In this document: one piece after another, positions 12,500 to 23,772 of the stretch
Numbering within the stretch: the stretch's first letter is position 1
Layout of the letters: each line of letters begins with the position of its first letter
Translations under genes and position numbers: made by a program
DNA from: Malacoraja senta
Lineage: Eukaryota
DNA: 60,000 nucleotides
Assembly: GCA_038087875.1 (NCBI GenBank)
Contig: CM075987.1
Span: 19,036,001 to 19,096,000 of the forward strand
Direction: 5' to 3'
The notes under the pieces: generated by a model
The model's database searches: none
What the model was told of the DNA's origin: nothing
What the model saw: only the letters and a program-made list of their open reading frames with translations

Positions 12500-14985
12500 T
12501 TTTACGCACGCTTAACGCACGATAGGGAGAACACTGATGTGCCTTCCCGAGCCCCCATTCGCTGTGATGGTATTTCAGTCTCAGTCACAGAGGCCGACGT
12601 CAGGAAATCCTTCAGAGGGGTGAACCCTCGAAAAGCGCCTGGACCTGATGGTATAACTGGCCCTGTTCTAAAAACCTGTGCGGACCAACTGGCTGGAGTT
12701 TTTACGGACATTTTCAACCTCTCACTTCTGAGGTCTGAGGTTCCCACCTGCTTCAAGTGCCCAAGAAGAGGAAGGTGACGTGCCTCAATGACTATCGACC
12801 TGTGGCACTAACGCCTGAGGTGATGAAGTGCTTTGAGAGGTTGATCATGGCGCAGATCAACTCCTACCTCGACAAAAACCTGGACCCACTGCAGTTCGCT
12901 TACTGCCACAACAGATCAACGGTGGATGCGATCTCGCTGGCCCTCCACTCCGCTCTGGACCACTTGGACAACAAAAACTCATATGTCAGGCTGTTATTCA
13001 TCGATTACACCTCGGCAATCATCCCCTCCAAGCTGGTTACCAAACAGAAATGGGTCTCTGCGCATCCCTCTGCAATTGGACCCTCGACTTCCTCACTCTC
13101 AGACCACAGTCTGTTCGTATTGGTGGAAATGTGTCAGACGCGATAACAATCAGCACGGGAGCACCTCAAGGCTGCATGCTCAGCCCCCTGCTGTACTCAC
13201 TCTATACTCATGACTGCGTAGCCGGACATAGTGCGAACTCCATCATCAAGCTCGCTGACGACACCACTGTTGTGGGACGTATCACTGATGGGAATGAGTC
13301 AGAGTATAGAAGAGAGATCGAGCAACTGTCCATATGGTGCCAGCACAATAACCTGGCCCTCAACACCAGCAAAACCAAGGAACTGATTGTGGACTTTGGA
13401 AGGAGTAGGATGGGGACCCACAGTCCAGTTTATATCAACGGGTCGATGGTTGAAAGGGTCAAGAGCTTCAAATTCCTGGGCGTGCACATCTCTGAAGATC
13501 TTTCCTGGTCCGAGAACACCGATGCCATTATTAAGAAAGCACATCAGCGCCTCTACTTCCTGAGAAGATTACGGAGAGTCGGTTTGTCAAGGAGGACTCT
13601 CTCTAACTTCTACAGGTGCACAGTAGAGAGCATGCTGACCGGTTGAATCGTGGCTTGGTTCGGCAACTTGAGCGCCCTGGAGAGGAAAAGACTACAAAAA
13701 GTAGTAAACACTGCCCAGTCCATCATCGGCTCTGACCTCCTTTCCATCGAGGGGATCTATCACAGTCGCTGCCTCAAAAAGGCTGGCAGTATCATCAAGG
13801 ACCCACACCATCCTGGCCACACACTCATCTCCCTACTACCTTCAGGTAGAAGGTACAGGAGCCCGAAGACTGCAACGACCAGGTTCAGGAATAGCTACTT
13901 CCCCACAGCCATCAGGCTAATAAACCTGGCTCGGACAAAACACTGAACTTTATTAGCCAATTAACTGTTATTTGCACTTTATCAGTATATACAATACCGT
14001 TTATTGTCATTTGAACCTCAAATGAAGTTCAAACGAAATTTGGTTTCTGCAGTCATACAAACAAGTAAAAAGAACCAAGACACAACACAATTTACACAAA
14101 CATCCATCACAGTGAATCTCCTCCTCACTGTGATGGAAGGCAAAGTCTTATCCCTCCCCTGCACTCCACATTCTCCTCCCGATGTCAAAGTCAAAGCCCC
14201 CGACGGGCGATGGTAAATATGTCTCGCGGCCATTAAAGCCGCGCCGGGCGATGCAAGGCCGTGCTCCGGGTCTTGATGTTGGAGCCCCTGGCAGGCGCTA
14301 GCAAGTCTAGCGGCCATTTAAAGCCGCGCCGGGCGATGTAAGACCCCGCTCCAGGTCATCTTCAACCCCGCAACTCGGGGGGGACAAGTTGCCGCTGCGG
14401 GAGCCCCGAAAAGCGGTCTCCCACCAGGGAACCGCGGGCTCCCGATGTCACCGTCCACCGGGCCGGCGGCTGGAGCCTCCGAATCTCCGGGGTCGGGCCG
14501 CAGCAGCGCGCCACCACAGCTCCTCCCGTTCCGAACTTAGCCAGCTCCGCGATGGTAAGTCCGCCGGCTCCGCGACTGGAGCCCCATGTCGTTCCGGTTG
14601 GAGGCCGCTCCACGGTGCTAGGCCCCAATGACAACGGAGACCCGACTGAGAAAGGTCTGGTCTCCCGTGCAGGGAAAAGATTTTTAAAGTTTCCCCCACC
14701 CTACCCCCGCCCCTCACACATACCCAGTTAAAAAAAATACTATAAACGAAACTCAAACGAAACAAAAAAAAAAAAAAAGACAGACGGACTGCAGAGGCCG
14801 CTGCGACGTGAGTCGCGCCGCCCACCCATTGATTCATGTGTGTATATATTTATAGAATGGTATATGGACACACTGATCTGTTTTGTAGTCAATGCCTACT
14901 ATGTTCTGTTGTGCTGAAGCAAAGCAAGAATTTCATTGTCCTATCGGGGACACATGACAATAAACTCACTTGAACTTGAACTTGA
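12500..14985 (+). mobile_element. 5'-truncated Rex1/Babar LINE (RT with frameshifts and a stop), interrupted by a GC-rich element at about 13995-14836
   Basis: [40 protein letters not shown] motifs; 3' tail acatgacaataaa plus (cttgaa)n at 14950-14985. Confidence 0.92.
13995..14836 (-). mobile_element. GC-rich non-coding retroposon with a Rex1-like tail (copy A)
   Basis: Minus-strand tail aaatgacaataaacggtattg; shares blocks and hairpins with 26866-27652 and 28275-29290. Confidence 0.65.
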
Positions 14986-15440
14986 GAGAAAAAGTGAGAG
15001 GTGCAAAGATGGGACCCCTAGACTACCAAAGTAGTGTAGCCAAAGAGTGGGTAAAAGAAAGAAAGAAAAGAAGAAGAAAAAAAGAACAAAAAGAAAAAGA
15101 GAGAGAAAAGTGGTGATATATCTGCCTCTTGTCCCTCCCCACCCACCTCACCCAACCCATAGTTGGATTTAAATCCAAAGTTGTGTTGCGCCATACTATC
15201 CTTGTAAGAATTCGGTGAAGGGTGTCCATGTCTTGGAAAAATGATCTGTTTTTTCTGCCAAGACAAGTATAATATTTTCAAGATGTAGTGTCGCGGACAT
15301 ATTTGTAATCCACATCTTAACAGTAGGGACTGATGTGTGTTTCCAACATTTAAGTATTCGTTTTTTCGCCATAATTAAGGAAACGTCTTTGAAATAGTGT
15401 TAGCTCAGAACAGGCTTATTATAATTATTATTTGTTTGAG
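14986..15440 (-). mobile_element. L1-clade LINE 3' fragment; its 3'UTR and tail continue at about 12361-12499
   Basis: Minus-strand translation LIMAKKRILKCWKHTSVPTVKMWITNM..LHLE..FSKTWTPF is typical of the fish-type L1 ORF2 C-terminus. Confidence 0.7.
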
Positions 15441-15631
15441 CTAACAAATAATAATTATAATAAAGGAGACAAAATAAGGGTTTATACAGCAAGAAAAAAC
15501 ATTGCAAAGAGGAATGCTGACCCCCAAGCAGAAGATATCAATCATCACAAAAGGCATGATGAGTGAGCTACAGAAGGAGACTCCAGGAGGCAAAGTCACC
15601 TGTTCTTTCATTGGACAGTTTTGAAGATTAC

Positions 15632-15769
15632 CTGAAAGATACTTATTTTTCCTGTCTTCTGTGTCGCGTGTAGTGGTTGGACTCTTTGGAAGCATGGGGG
15701 GTGGTCCAAGCAACTTCCTTATCAACCTCTGGCTTTGCTTCCATGAAAAGATATCAGAAGAGTACGAAC
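15632..15769 (-). CDS. CCDC187: CCDC187-like coding exon 8 (SWKQSQRLIRKLLGPPP)
   Basis: ccatgctag| acceptor, CAG|gtaatc donor, 138 nt; the motif resembles CEP350 SWRDGQKLVKKILGPAP. Confidence 0.8.
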
Positions 15770-18700
15770 CTAGCATGGACACAAGAGGCCGTAATTAGCT
15801 TTGAGAACATATTTCATGACCAATCTCTTCCTCCATACAATAATTCAGTACTGTGTTTACTGGCTTCTTTTCCAATGGGTTCAACATCTGTCATAGTCAT
15901 GGAGCTGTATAGCACAGAAAATGGCCCTTCAGCCCATCTTGTCCATGCCGTTAGATGAGGTAGCCACATCCGCCTGCACTTGGCTCATAGCCCTCTAAAC
16001 CCTTCCTACCCATGTCATGTCCAAATGTCTTTTTAAAGTCATAAATGTATCTGCTCCTATAGCTTCCTCTGGAAACTCTTTCCAGATACAGACCACCCAA
16101 AAAGTTCCCCTAGGTCTCTCTTAAATATCTCCCCTTTAAGCCTCTATTTTTAAGAAACCTCAACCCTGGGAAAAAAACCTGTGATGTTCTCTGTTCCTCT
16201 GAATGAAACCTAGCTCTCTCAGAATGGTATGGTCCCTTAATCTGTACATTGCCCCAACAAGGATGTATTTAGGGTGTTCACAGGTAACCTCACACCAAGC
16301 AGTCTTCCCACAGTATTTCACATGGACACTCAAAAATGCTTAATCTTATCTGTACAATAACCTGCTCTGAATGTTCATAACTCTTAAGGCCCTCAGCTAG
16401 CAAAGTCTCAGTAATCGAAAATCTAAAACAAATGCAGATGTCATAAATCTGAAATAAAAACAGTAAGTGTAGGAAACACACAGCAGATCAAACAGCATCT
16501 GTGGAGTAAGATACAGGTCAGCATGCGAGGTGCCTTTGTGGAAATGGTTGTAGTGTTGTTGTTTCAGGTGAAAGGTTAATGCTGTTCCTCTTTGCACAGA
16601 TATGGAGTGTTTTATCTCAGCAATGGAACACAATGAGCTACCTCTTGCACTACCACGGACTTGCTTTTTAATTGCATTTTACACTTACATGTTGTTTTCT
16701 GCACAGTCTTTTTACTGTCATATAATTTCAAACAGAATTTATGGTTTTATGTGTTTGAGACTAGGTGCCCATGATCCTGCTACAAGCAAGATTTTCAAGA
16801 TATCGGTGGCTCAGCGTGCTTATAAATATGACAGTAAACTCTATTTGTTCCACCATTTCAGGGTTTATAGAAAAATCTCATTCTCAGTTGTGAAAAAAGA
16901 AATTGGGGGGGGGGGGGGCGGGGGGGGGGGGGGGGGGGCATGGTGTTGGGTCAGGTCTCCAATGTAAGAAACAAAACCAGAAAATACCAGAAGAACTCAG
17001 CTAGTCCAGCAGTTTCTGTGGAAAGAGCAATTCCTGTGGAAACAGTTAAATGTTTCAGATCAGGGTCCCTTCCATGTACATAAAGAAATGGTGCAGACAT
17101 CACACCTGATGCAGTTGTGCCCACGACACCCAGTAGAGGAAACAGTGTCCTTCTATCTGCTCTGCAAACTCATGGGAGGGAATAGGGGTGTGAGAGTCCA
17201 GGACTAGTGGTCATAGACCCAGAATTAAAGGACATTCTTTTAGGAAGGGGATGAGGAGGAAATTCTTTTGTCAGAGGGTGGTGAATCTGTGGAATTCTTT
17301 GCCACAGAAGGCTGTGGAGGCAAAGTCAGAGGTTGTGGGGGAGAAGGCAGGCGAATGGGGTTAGCAGGGAGAGATAGATCAGCCATGATTGAATGGCAGA
17401 GTAGACTTGATGGGCCAAATGGCCTAATTCTGCTCCTATCACATATGATCTCATGAATGCAGAAAATGGCAGGTCTTAGGGAACAAATGGTAGGTCCAGA
17501 GGGAACAGAATACTGAACGAGTGCTGAAGCTGGGGTGGGAGGCGAGGAATGGTTGATGAAAGTGGAGAGAGTCTGTGATGGGAACAAAAAGGAGGCAGCG
17601 TTAATACTGTCTCACCCGCAGCGAGGAAGCAAAGAGAAAGGAAAGGCGACTTTGAGATATCCTTATCAACTGGAGCTCTAAACAAACATCAAAAACAAAA
17701 TAAATGGACAAGTCCAGAAAGTGTAGCACTCACAACCTTGTCATGCAACTGCAAAAACAAAATATATATATTAAAAAAACACTATGATTGCTCCCATTAA
17801 ATCCTGTGGCACTGGCAACGTGACCTCTGAACTGCAATCCATCTTTGAGCAACACTGCTCTGACATCATGGCTGACAGAAACAAATGACCGATAAAACCC
17901 CTCTGACAGTGGTAGTTACAATGATAAATGCCACTCGTGTCACAGCCTTACCACAGGGTCTCAGAGGGAGAGCTGGGCTTTTTTTTTTTTTGCATTGGCA
18001 ATCTGTTAGAAAAAATAATTTTAATGCATTTCAAAGCAGCGCAGAAGGGCTGGAATACACAAAAGGGTTATAATGCTCTCCACTGCCAATCAATACATTA
18101 TATTCTGAGATTAACCTTCCCCATTTTTCTCCTGTTCGACCTCCCCTAAGCTTTGCAGGCACTCAGGCAATGCTGCATCTCCGCAGAGCTTTGCTGTGGC
18201 CAGCAGTTCTATCTTCACATGTGCCTTTCTCCATTTCCTATAGATATTACACTGAACTAACCACTAACACAATGTCACAGGCTGTCATATTGAACAGCAA
18301 CTTACTCCAGGGAAAGTAAGTAATTTTGTTTGGTCTTTTTCTCTGACCTTCCAGCCCATGGCTCCACCTCGCCTGCACCCCCCCCCCCCCCCAGCTCCCC
18401 CTCCACCCCCCCCACCCCCCCGTGCCTACCCTGCCTCACCCTCCCACTTACCCCATCACCACCCCTCCACCCTCTCCTCCACCATCTGCCTCCCCTCCAC
18501 CCCTCATTGGGCCCAGATGCAACAGCAGTTCCATCTTCCCAACTCCGCGCCTCATTTATAGAGCTTCTTTTAAGTTACAAAATATCTTGAGGGTTTGGGG
18601 AGGTTAGTGGGTTGCTTCACAGGTTCAAACTACTAGCCACATCAGGGGGCATTGGTACAGGTAAACAACTGGGTGAGGTAGAAAGGCAGAGATACTTAAG

Positions 18701-19572
18701 GTGAGAGTGTCAGGCTGTGAAGGTGAGGAGAGAAAAGGTGGATTGAAAATGACTTCCGCACTTCAGTATGAAAAGCCCTAGAATTGGGAAGTTTGCTAGG
18801 TTGCAGCTGAGATTGCTACTGAAGCAATTTATAGATCGGGTAACAACATCCAAGAGTCGCCATTTCACCAACATTGGAGCAAAAGATGTTTGGGCTGCAC
18901 AAGATGCTGGAACTGGAAGAGTGCAGGGAATGGTGGAGGTTCATTTGGCTGCAGACACAAAATGCTGGAGCAACTCAGCGGGACAGGCAGCACCTCTGGA
19001 GAGAAGCAATGCGTGACGTTTCGGGTCGAGACACTTTTTCAGACTGCAGATGTTTAGAGAATTGAAAGGATTCTGGCCCTGGAAGGATACATACACTCAG
19101 CCATAGTTTTATCAAAGTGTGCTGTGCCAAGCCAGGTCAGGGAGCACAGGCAATGAAGCAAATGGGGGATGTGAAGAGAAGAGGGAAGATTAAATGAGAA
19201 TAACTCGGATACTTCAATACAAAAACACATACGTAATTGGGAGAGGCTGGAAATTACCAGGTTGTTGCTGACAAAGCAACCTGGTAAAACCGAAGCAATT
19301 TGGATTTTCAGGTCAGGGCCCTTCTTCAGATAGAATGTAAAGAAGGGATCCAACCCAACGCAACACCTATCCATGTTCTCCAGAGATGCTGCCTGACCTG
19401 GTATGTTACTCCAGCATTTTGTGTCTTTTTTCAATGTTATAATGAATGATACCACAGATCATTATCTCTAAACATCGCAATGCTGTGTCTGTATTATAAA
19501 AAAACATGTTCAGAGTTTAACTTTCCAAATGTGTCACAAGCTCTAAGCTACAAGGTTTTCCCAATTGCTTAC

Positions 19573-19707
19573 CATTGACTTTTGCAGTTTCCTTCAGGCT
19601 CATTATCTTTGAGCAGCTTCGAACTTTGCGTGATGCCTTGTGATCCCTGCTGGAATTCTGCTGGCGTTTTCTTCCCTTCTCTGGATTGGAGACCCGGAGA
19701 CTATCAT
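19573..19707 (-). CDS. CCDC187: CCDC187-like coding exon 7 (DDSLRVSNPEKGRK...AKVN)
   Basis: tattctgcacag| acceptor, ATG|gtaagc donor, 135 nt, phase 1->1. Confidence 0.7.
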
Positions 19708-21562
19708 CTGTGCAGAATAAATAGACTGTATTGTACTGGTGGAAACAAAGGGGGAATAAACAAAAAGTCCTGCACCACGGAAAGAACGGAGAATTGTTTA
19801 CATCTACAACTTCTGATAAAAACAACAGCACGTCAGCAGTACAGACAGAGTTGTTGCTTGTGGTTTGGTTAGACGAGCAACATGTTGCTGAGAATGCAAA
19901 CCAAGCCATCCTCAGTTCAAATCCCAGCTTAGCCTGGCTTGGTGGAAGAAAAAGTGATACAATTGTTATCCCACTTGCTCATCCACTCCCGACACACTGG
20001 AGGCAATTTTACAGAGGCTGATCAATCAACAAACCTGCACATCTTTGGGATGTTGCAGCTCTACCAGTTGCATCACTACGCCGTTAGAAGATAGCAAATG
20101 CCAACAAATATTCAAGAAAAGGAGACATATATTCAGGAAACTGAAGGACAATCTGATGGTTACAAGGTCGTCAGGAATTTGTTACAATTCATTCATGGGC
20201 TAAATCATCTCCCCTATCAGTTATACATTTCAGGTAGGAAGGTGGGTGGCACAATGAACAGCGGCGATGCCAAGTCATAATGTTTCTGATCCCCACATAC
20301 ATCAATCAAACCAGACTCTCAACAAGGCACGGAGCTCACTGCCTCAGTGGAATCTCCTGGCCTGGGCTTAGCACGTTGTCCCTGCTGCTGGAGATTCTTG
20401 TAGCATCCACAGAAAGCTGCACTTTGGGGAAGAGGTGTGTCGTGGACATTACTTTGCTGCTCTTCGGCAACTTCTGTTTCATTGCTCTGACTGCTTGATA
20501 TTTATCAGAAGTTGTGAGCTTCCGTTAGAGTCACAGGGAACAGAAACAGGCCCCTCCACCCAACTCTTCCCTACCGACCAAGATGCACCATCTAAGCCGA
20601 TTAATGGTAAAATTGCAGATTTTTGCAATAAGCTCTCAAATTAATCAGAAGGACACTGGGAGCTGACGTGAAGCCTATAAACTGATATAGCCGAGTTACT
20701 CCATGGGTTATCTCTACCACAAAGATTTGGTGACACATTGACTCCCAAGACAAACAAATATGTCAAGAAATTTCCAAGCATTGAATGCCCAGCATGCTGC
20801 GATGGTAATTATTCTCCCACACAAATTATGTTGCAGCTTAGTCATTTTGAGGAGAGTTCCAGCTGGCAGTAAGCAGGTCTCTATTTTACCTTGTGTTACA
20901 AAGGGCGCACACACTTTATGCAGGAACCTTGACCAATAAAGTAAAATAAAGTGTCTTTGGATTAGTCACCCCCCCCCCCCCCCATTTTACTTTGTGGAAA
21001 GGGAAATAAAGATTAAAAACAAAGTGAAAAATAACAAATAAAACAAAAAATAAAGTCTGAAACATGTAGGTCCATTCCCTCCTCAGATGTTGCCCGACCC
21101 ATCGATTTACTCCAGCACATTGTTTTGTCGAAAAAATAACTGGGATGCTTGCACTGAGCCTCGTAATTTCAGGACATCACCAAGTGCTTTACAACCAAGT
21201 AACCTTGGTGTTTAAGTATACAGCCATGCAGGGAATGTTAAAAATGTGACAAACCAAGTTTAGAATTCCTCCTCAAGATTTTTGTCAACTCTTGAACTTG
21301 TTCTCCCAATTGCAAAACCTCTGAAAACTGCTGAACAATCTGATATTCAGTCTCTAAAGGGATTTTTTTTTTAAACAACCTACGTGAATCTTAGGCGGAA
21401 CCATTATCTAAAATGCATTCTCAAAACATTCACCAGCACATCATCCTTGAAATTAAGCCAGCTTTCCCAAATCTCCCCTCCCCGCTGTAGGATGGGCTGA
21501 GTTTAATCTTTCACCAACTGGCATACTTGTGATTACTGAGAATGGCTTCATCCATTTCAAAC

Positions 21563-21700
21563 CTGCTTCGTGATATCCATAGTCCCTGTGTGGCTCGAGT
21601 CCCCTCCTGCTGGTGTAAGTGTTCACTGCAAGAACCTCTTCTGACTTCTCCACACCCATGGAGCTTTCTTCTTCAGAAGTCAACTTGACAGCATTGAAAC
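21563..21700 (-). CDS. CCDC187: CCDC187-like coding exon 6 (GFNAVKLTSEEE...YHEA)
   Basis: tgtgttgcag| acceptor completes YK-GFN; donor CAG|gtttga; 138 nt, phase 1->1. Confidence 0.75.
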
Positions 21701-22241
21701 CTGCAACACATTGCAACAGTTCAACTACTTCTGATGGTCACATTTGGAGGGCCAATAATCAGGAGAAACAAGTTTAAATAAACTGGTGAACATACCAAGA
21801 GGGTTAATACAGTTTTTTTTTTTTTTAACATTTGAATGCGTTGTTTAGATCTAAAATTCATAGTCTGATAACAGTGAAAAAGAGTCCATTCTAACTTCAA
21901 AAAATATAATCAGATAAATTCTAGAAGTGGAGAAAAAATATTTCTTCAAAGCATCTTTTGAAATCCATTATGTCCATTAACTAATTTATTATTCGGTTTC
22001 TAGTTTTCTCATTTTTGTTTAATTTGAATAGAATTATTTTCTCCTATCATCACTGCTAAGTTGAATGTTTTATTTATCTCAGGAGATGTTCTGTCTAAGC
22101 AAGGTGCAGTACGCCTCTTAATTTTGCCTATTCAATAAAAACCACAAAGTGACGGAATCCTTTAGCGCCAAAGTCAGCCTGTGACTGGGAAAAGGTTTTG
22201 AGGAAACACCAGGGGAATGGAGCAGATTCACCAAGTCTAGT

Positions 22242-22390
22242 GGGGATCATGACAGAAGCCTCCTCGTGGTGATTCCCAGAAACGACAACACGATGCACAC
22301 TGACACGTTAGGCGACCAATTCTGTCACCAGGTTGGACGACGACAGAAGCCAACAGCGAGCTATACGTCGTCTGACACATGAGCGAACCA
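22242..22390 (+). mobile_element. Short retroposed insert, RTE-like 3' end, 12-bp TSD
   Basis: accaagtctagt at 22230-22241 and 22391-22402; ends ...tgacacatgagcgaaccaaccaa. Confidence 0.55.
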
Positions 22391-22924
22391 ACCAAGTCTA
22401 GTACAGTACCAGTGCAGGTATAGTAAAGGGTCACAGGCTACCTCTGGTGCTAAGGGAGGTGCAAACATACGAGGTGTAACACCTGCCCTTACACCTTTTC
22501 CCTCACCTCCGTCCAAGGACCCAAATAGCCCACCTAGGCGAGACGGAGATTCAACTACACTTCCTCCAACCTCATCGATTGCATTTGGATCGCTCAACGT
22601 AGCCTCCTTGACATTGACGAGACCAAATGCACACTAGGTGACCCCTTTGCTGAACATCTGTGCTTGGTATGCTGAGGCTATCTGGAGCTACTGGTTGCCC
22701 AGCCCTTTTGGTGCCCCTTCCCATAACAACCGGTTTGTTCTTGGCCCCCTCCACTGCCAGAGTGTGGCCAAATGCAAACTAGATGAACAGCACCTCATAT
22801 TTCACCTGGATAGTCTACAACTTAATAGCATGAACATCGAATTATCCAATTTTAGGTAAACCCTTTCTCCCCCCTCCTATCGACTCTAGCCCTCCCACAC
22901 ATAACTTATTTCTACAACACTGGC

Positions 22925-23226
22925 TGGCACGGTGACACAGCGGAAGAATTGCTGCCTTACAGCGCCAGACACCCGGGTTCGATCCTGACTACGGGTGCTG
23001 TCTGTACGGAGTGTGTACGTTCTCCCTGTGATCACGCGAGGTTTCTCAAGGTGCTCCGGTTTCCTCCCACACTCCAAAGATGTACAGGTTTGTTTGTTAA
23101 TTGGCTGAGAATAATTGTAAATTGTTTCTAGCACATAGGACAGTGTTAGTGTATGGGGTGATCGCTTGTCAGCTCAGACTCAGTGGGCCGAAGGGCCTGT
23201 TTCTGCGCTGTATCTCTAAACTAAGC
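22925..23226 (+). mobile_element. HE1-type tRNA-derived V-SINE
   Basis: tRNA-like head with B-box ggttcgatcc, core ggtgctccggtttcctcccaca, CR1-type tail gggccgaagggcctgtttc. Confidence 0.85.
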
Positions 23227-23480
23227 TAATATCTCCAAGACCACATCACACAGTTCCTTTCACCCCCTCACCTAACTCCTCCATCTACCCATCACTCTCG
23301 TACTCTTCCACTGGATACCCTTCCCCCATACAGCTCCCACCCCTTGCTATTGCTCCCATTTTCCCCATTCTTCTTTATCGGGTTGCACTCTTCCCTGACC
23401 CAAAACATCATCTGTCCATATCCATCCAAAGATGATGCCCGACTCGCTGAATCCCAACAACACCTCTCTTTTTCATTTTA

Positions 23481-23772
23481 AGGCAGCACAGTGGCGCAGC
23501 GGTAGAGTTGCTGCTTACCATGCCAGAGACCCTGGTTCATTCCTGACTATAGTGCTGTCTGTATTGGGTTTGTATGTTCTCTCAGTGATCGCATAGGTTT
23601 GCTCCGAGAGCTTCGGTTTCCTCCCACATTTAAAGACATGCAGGTTTGTCTGCTAATTGGCTTCTGTAAATTGTCCCTTCGTGTGTAGGATAGAATTAGT
23701 GTTTGGGTGATCACTGGTCATCGCAGACTCAGTGGGCCAAAGGGCCTGTTTCCACTCTGCATCTCTAAACTA
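23481..23772 (+). mobile_element. HE1-type V-SINE
   Basis: A-box gtggcgcagcggtagag, same core and tail as 22925-23226. Confidence 0.85.

Noticed and set aside
22925..23000. tRNA-like sequence with A and B boxes
   Set aside because: It is the head of an HE1-type SINE, not a tRNA gene
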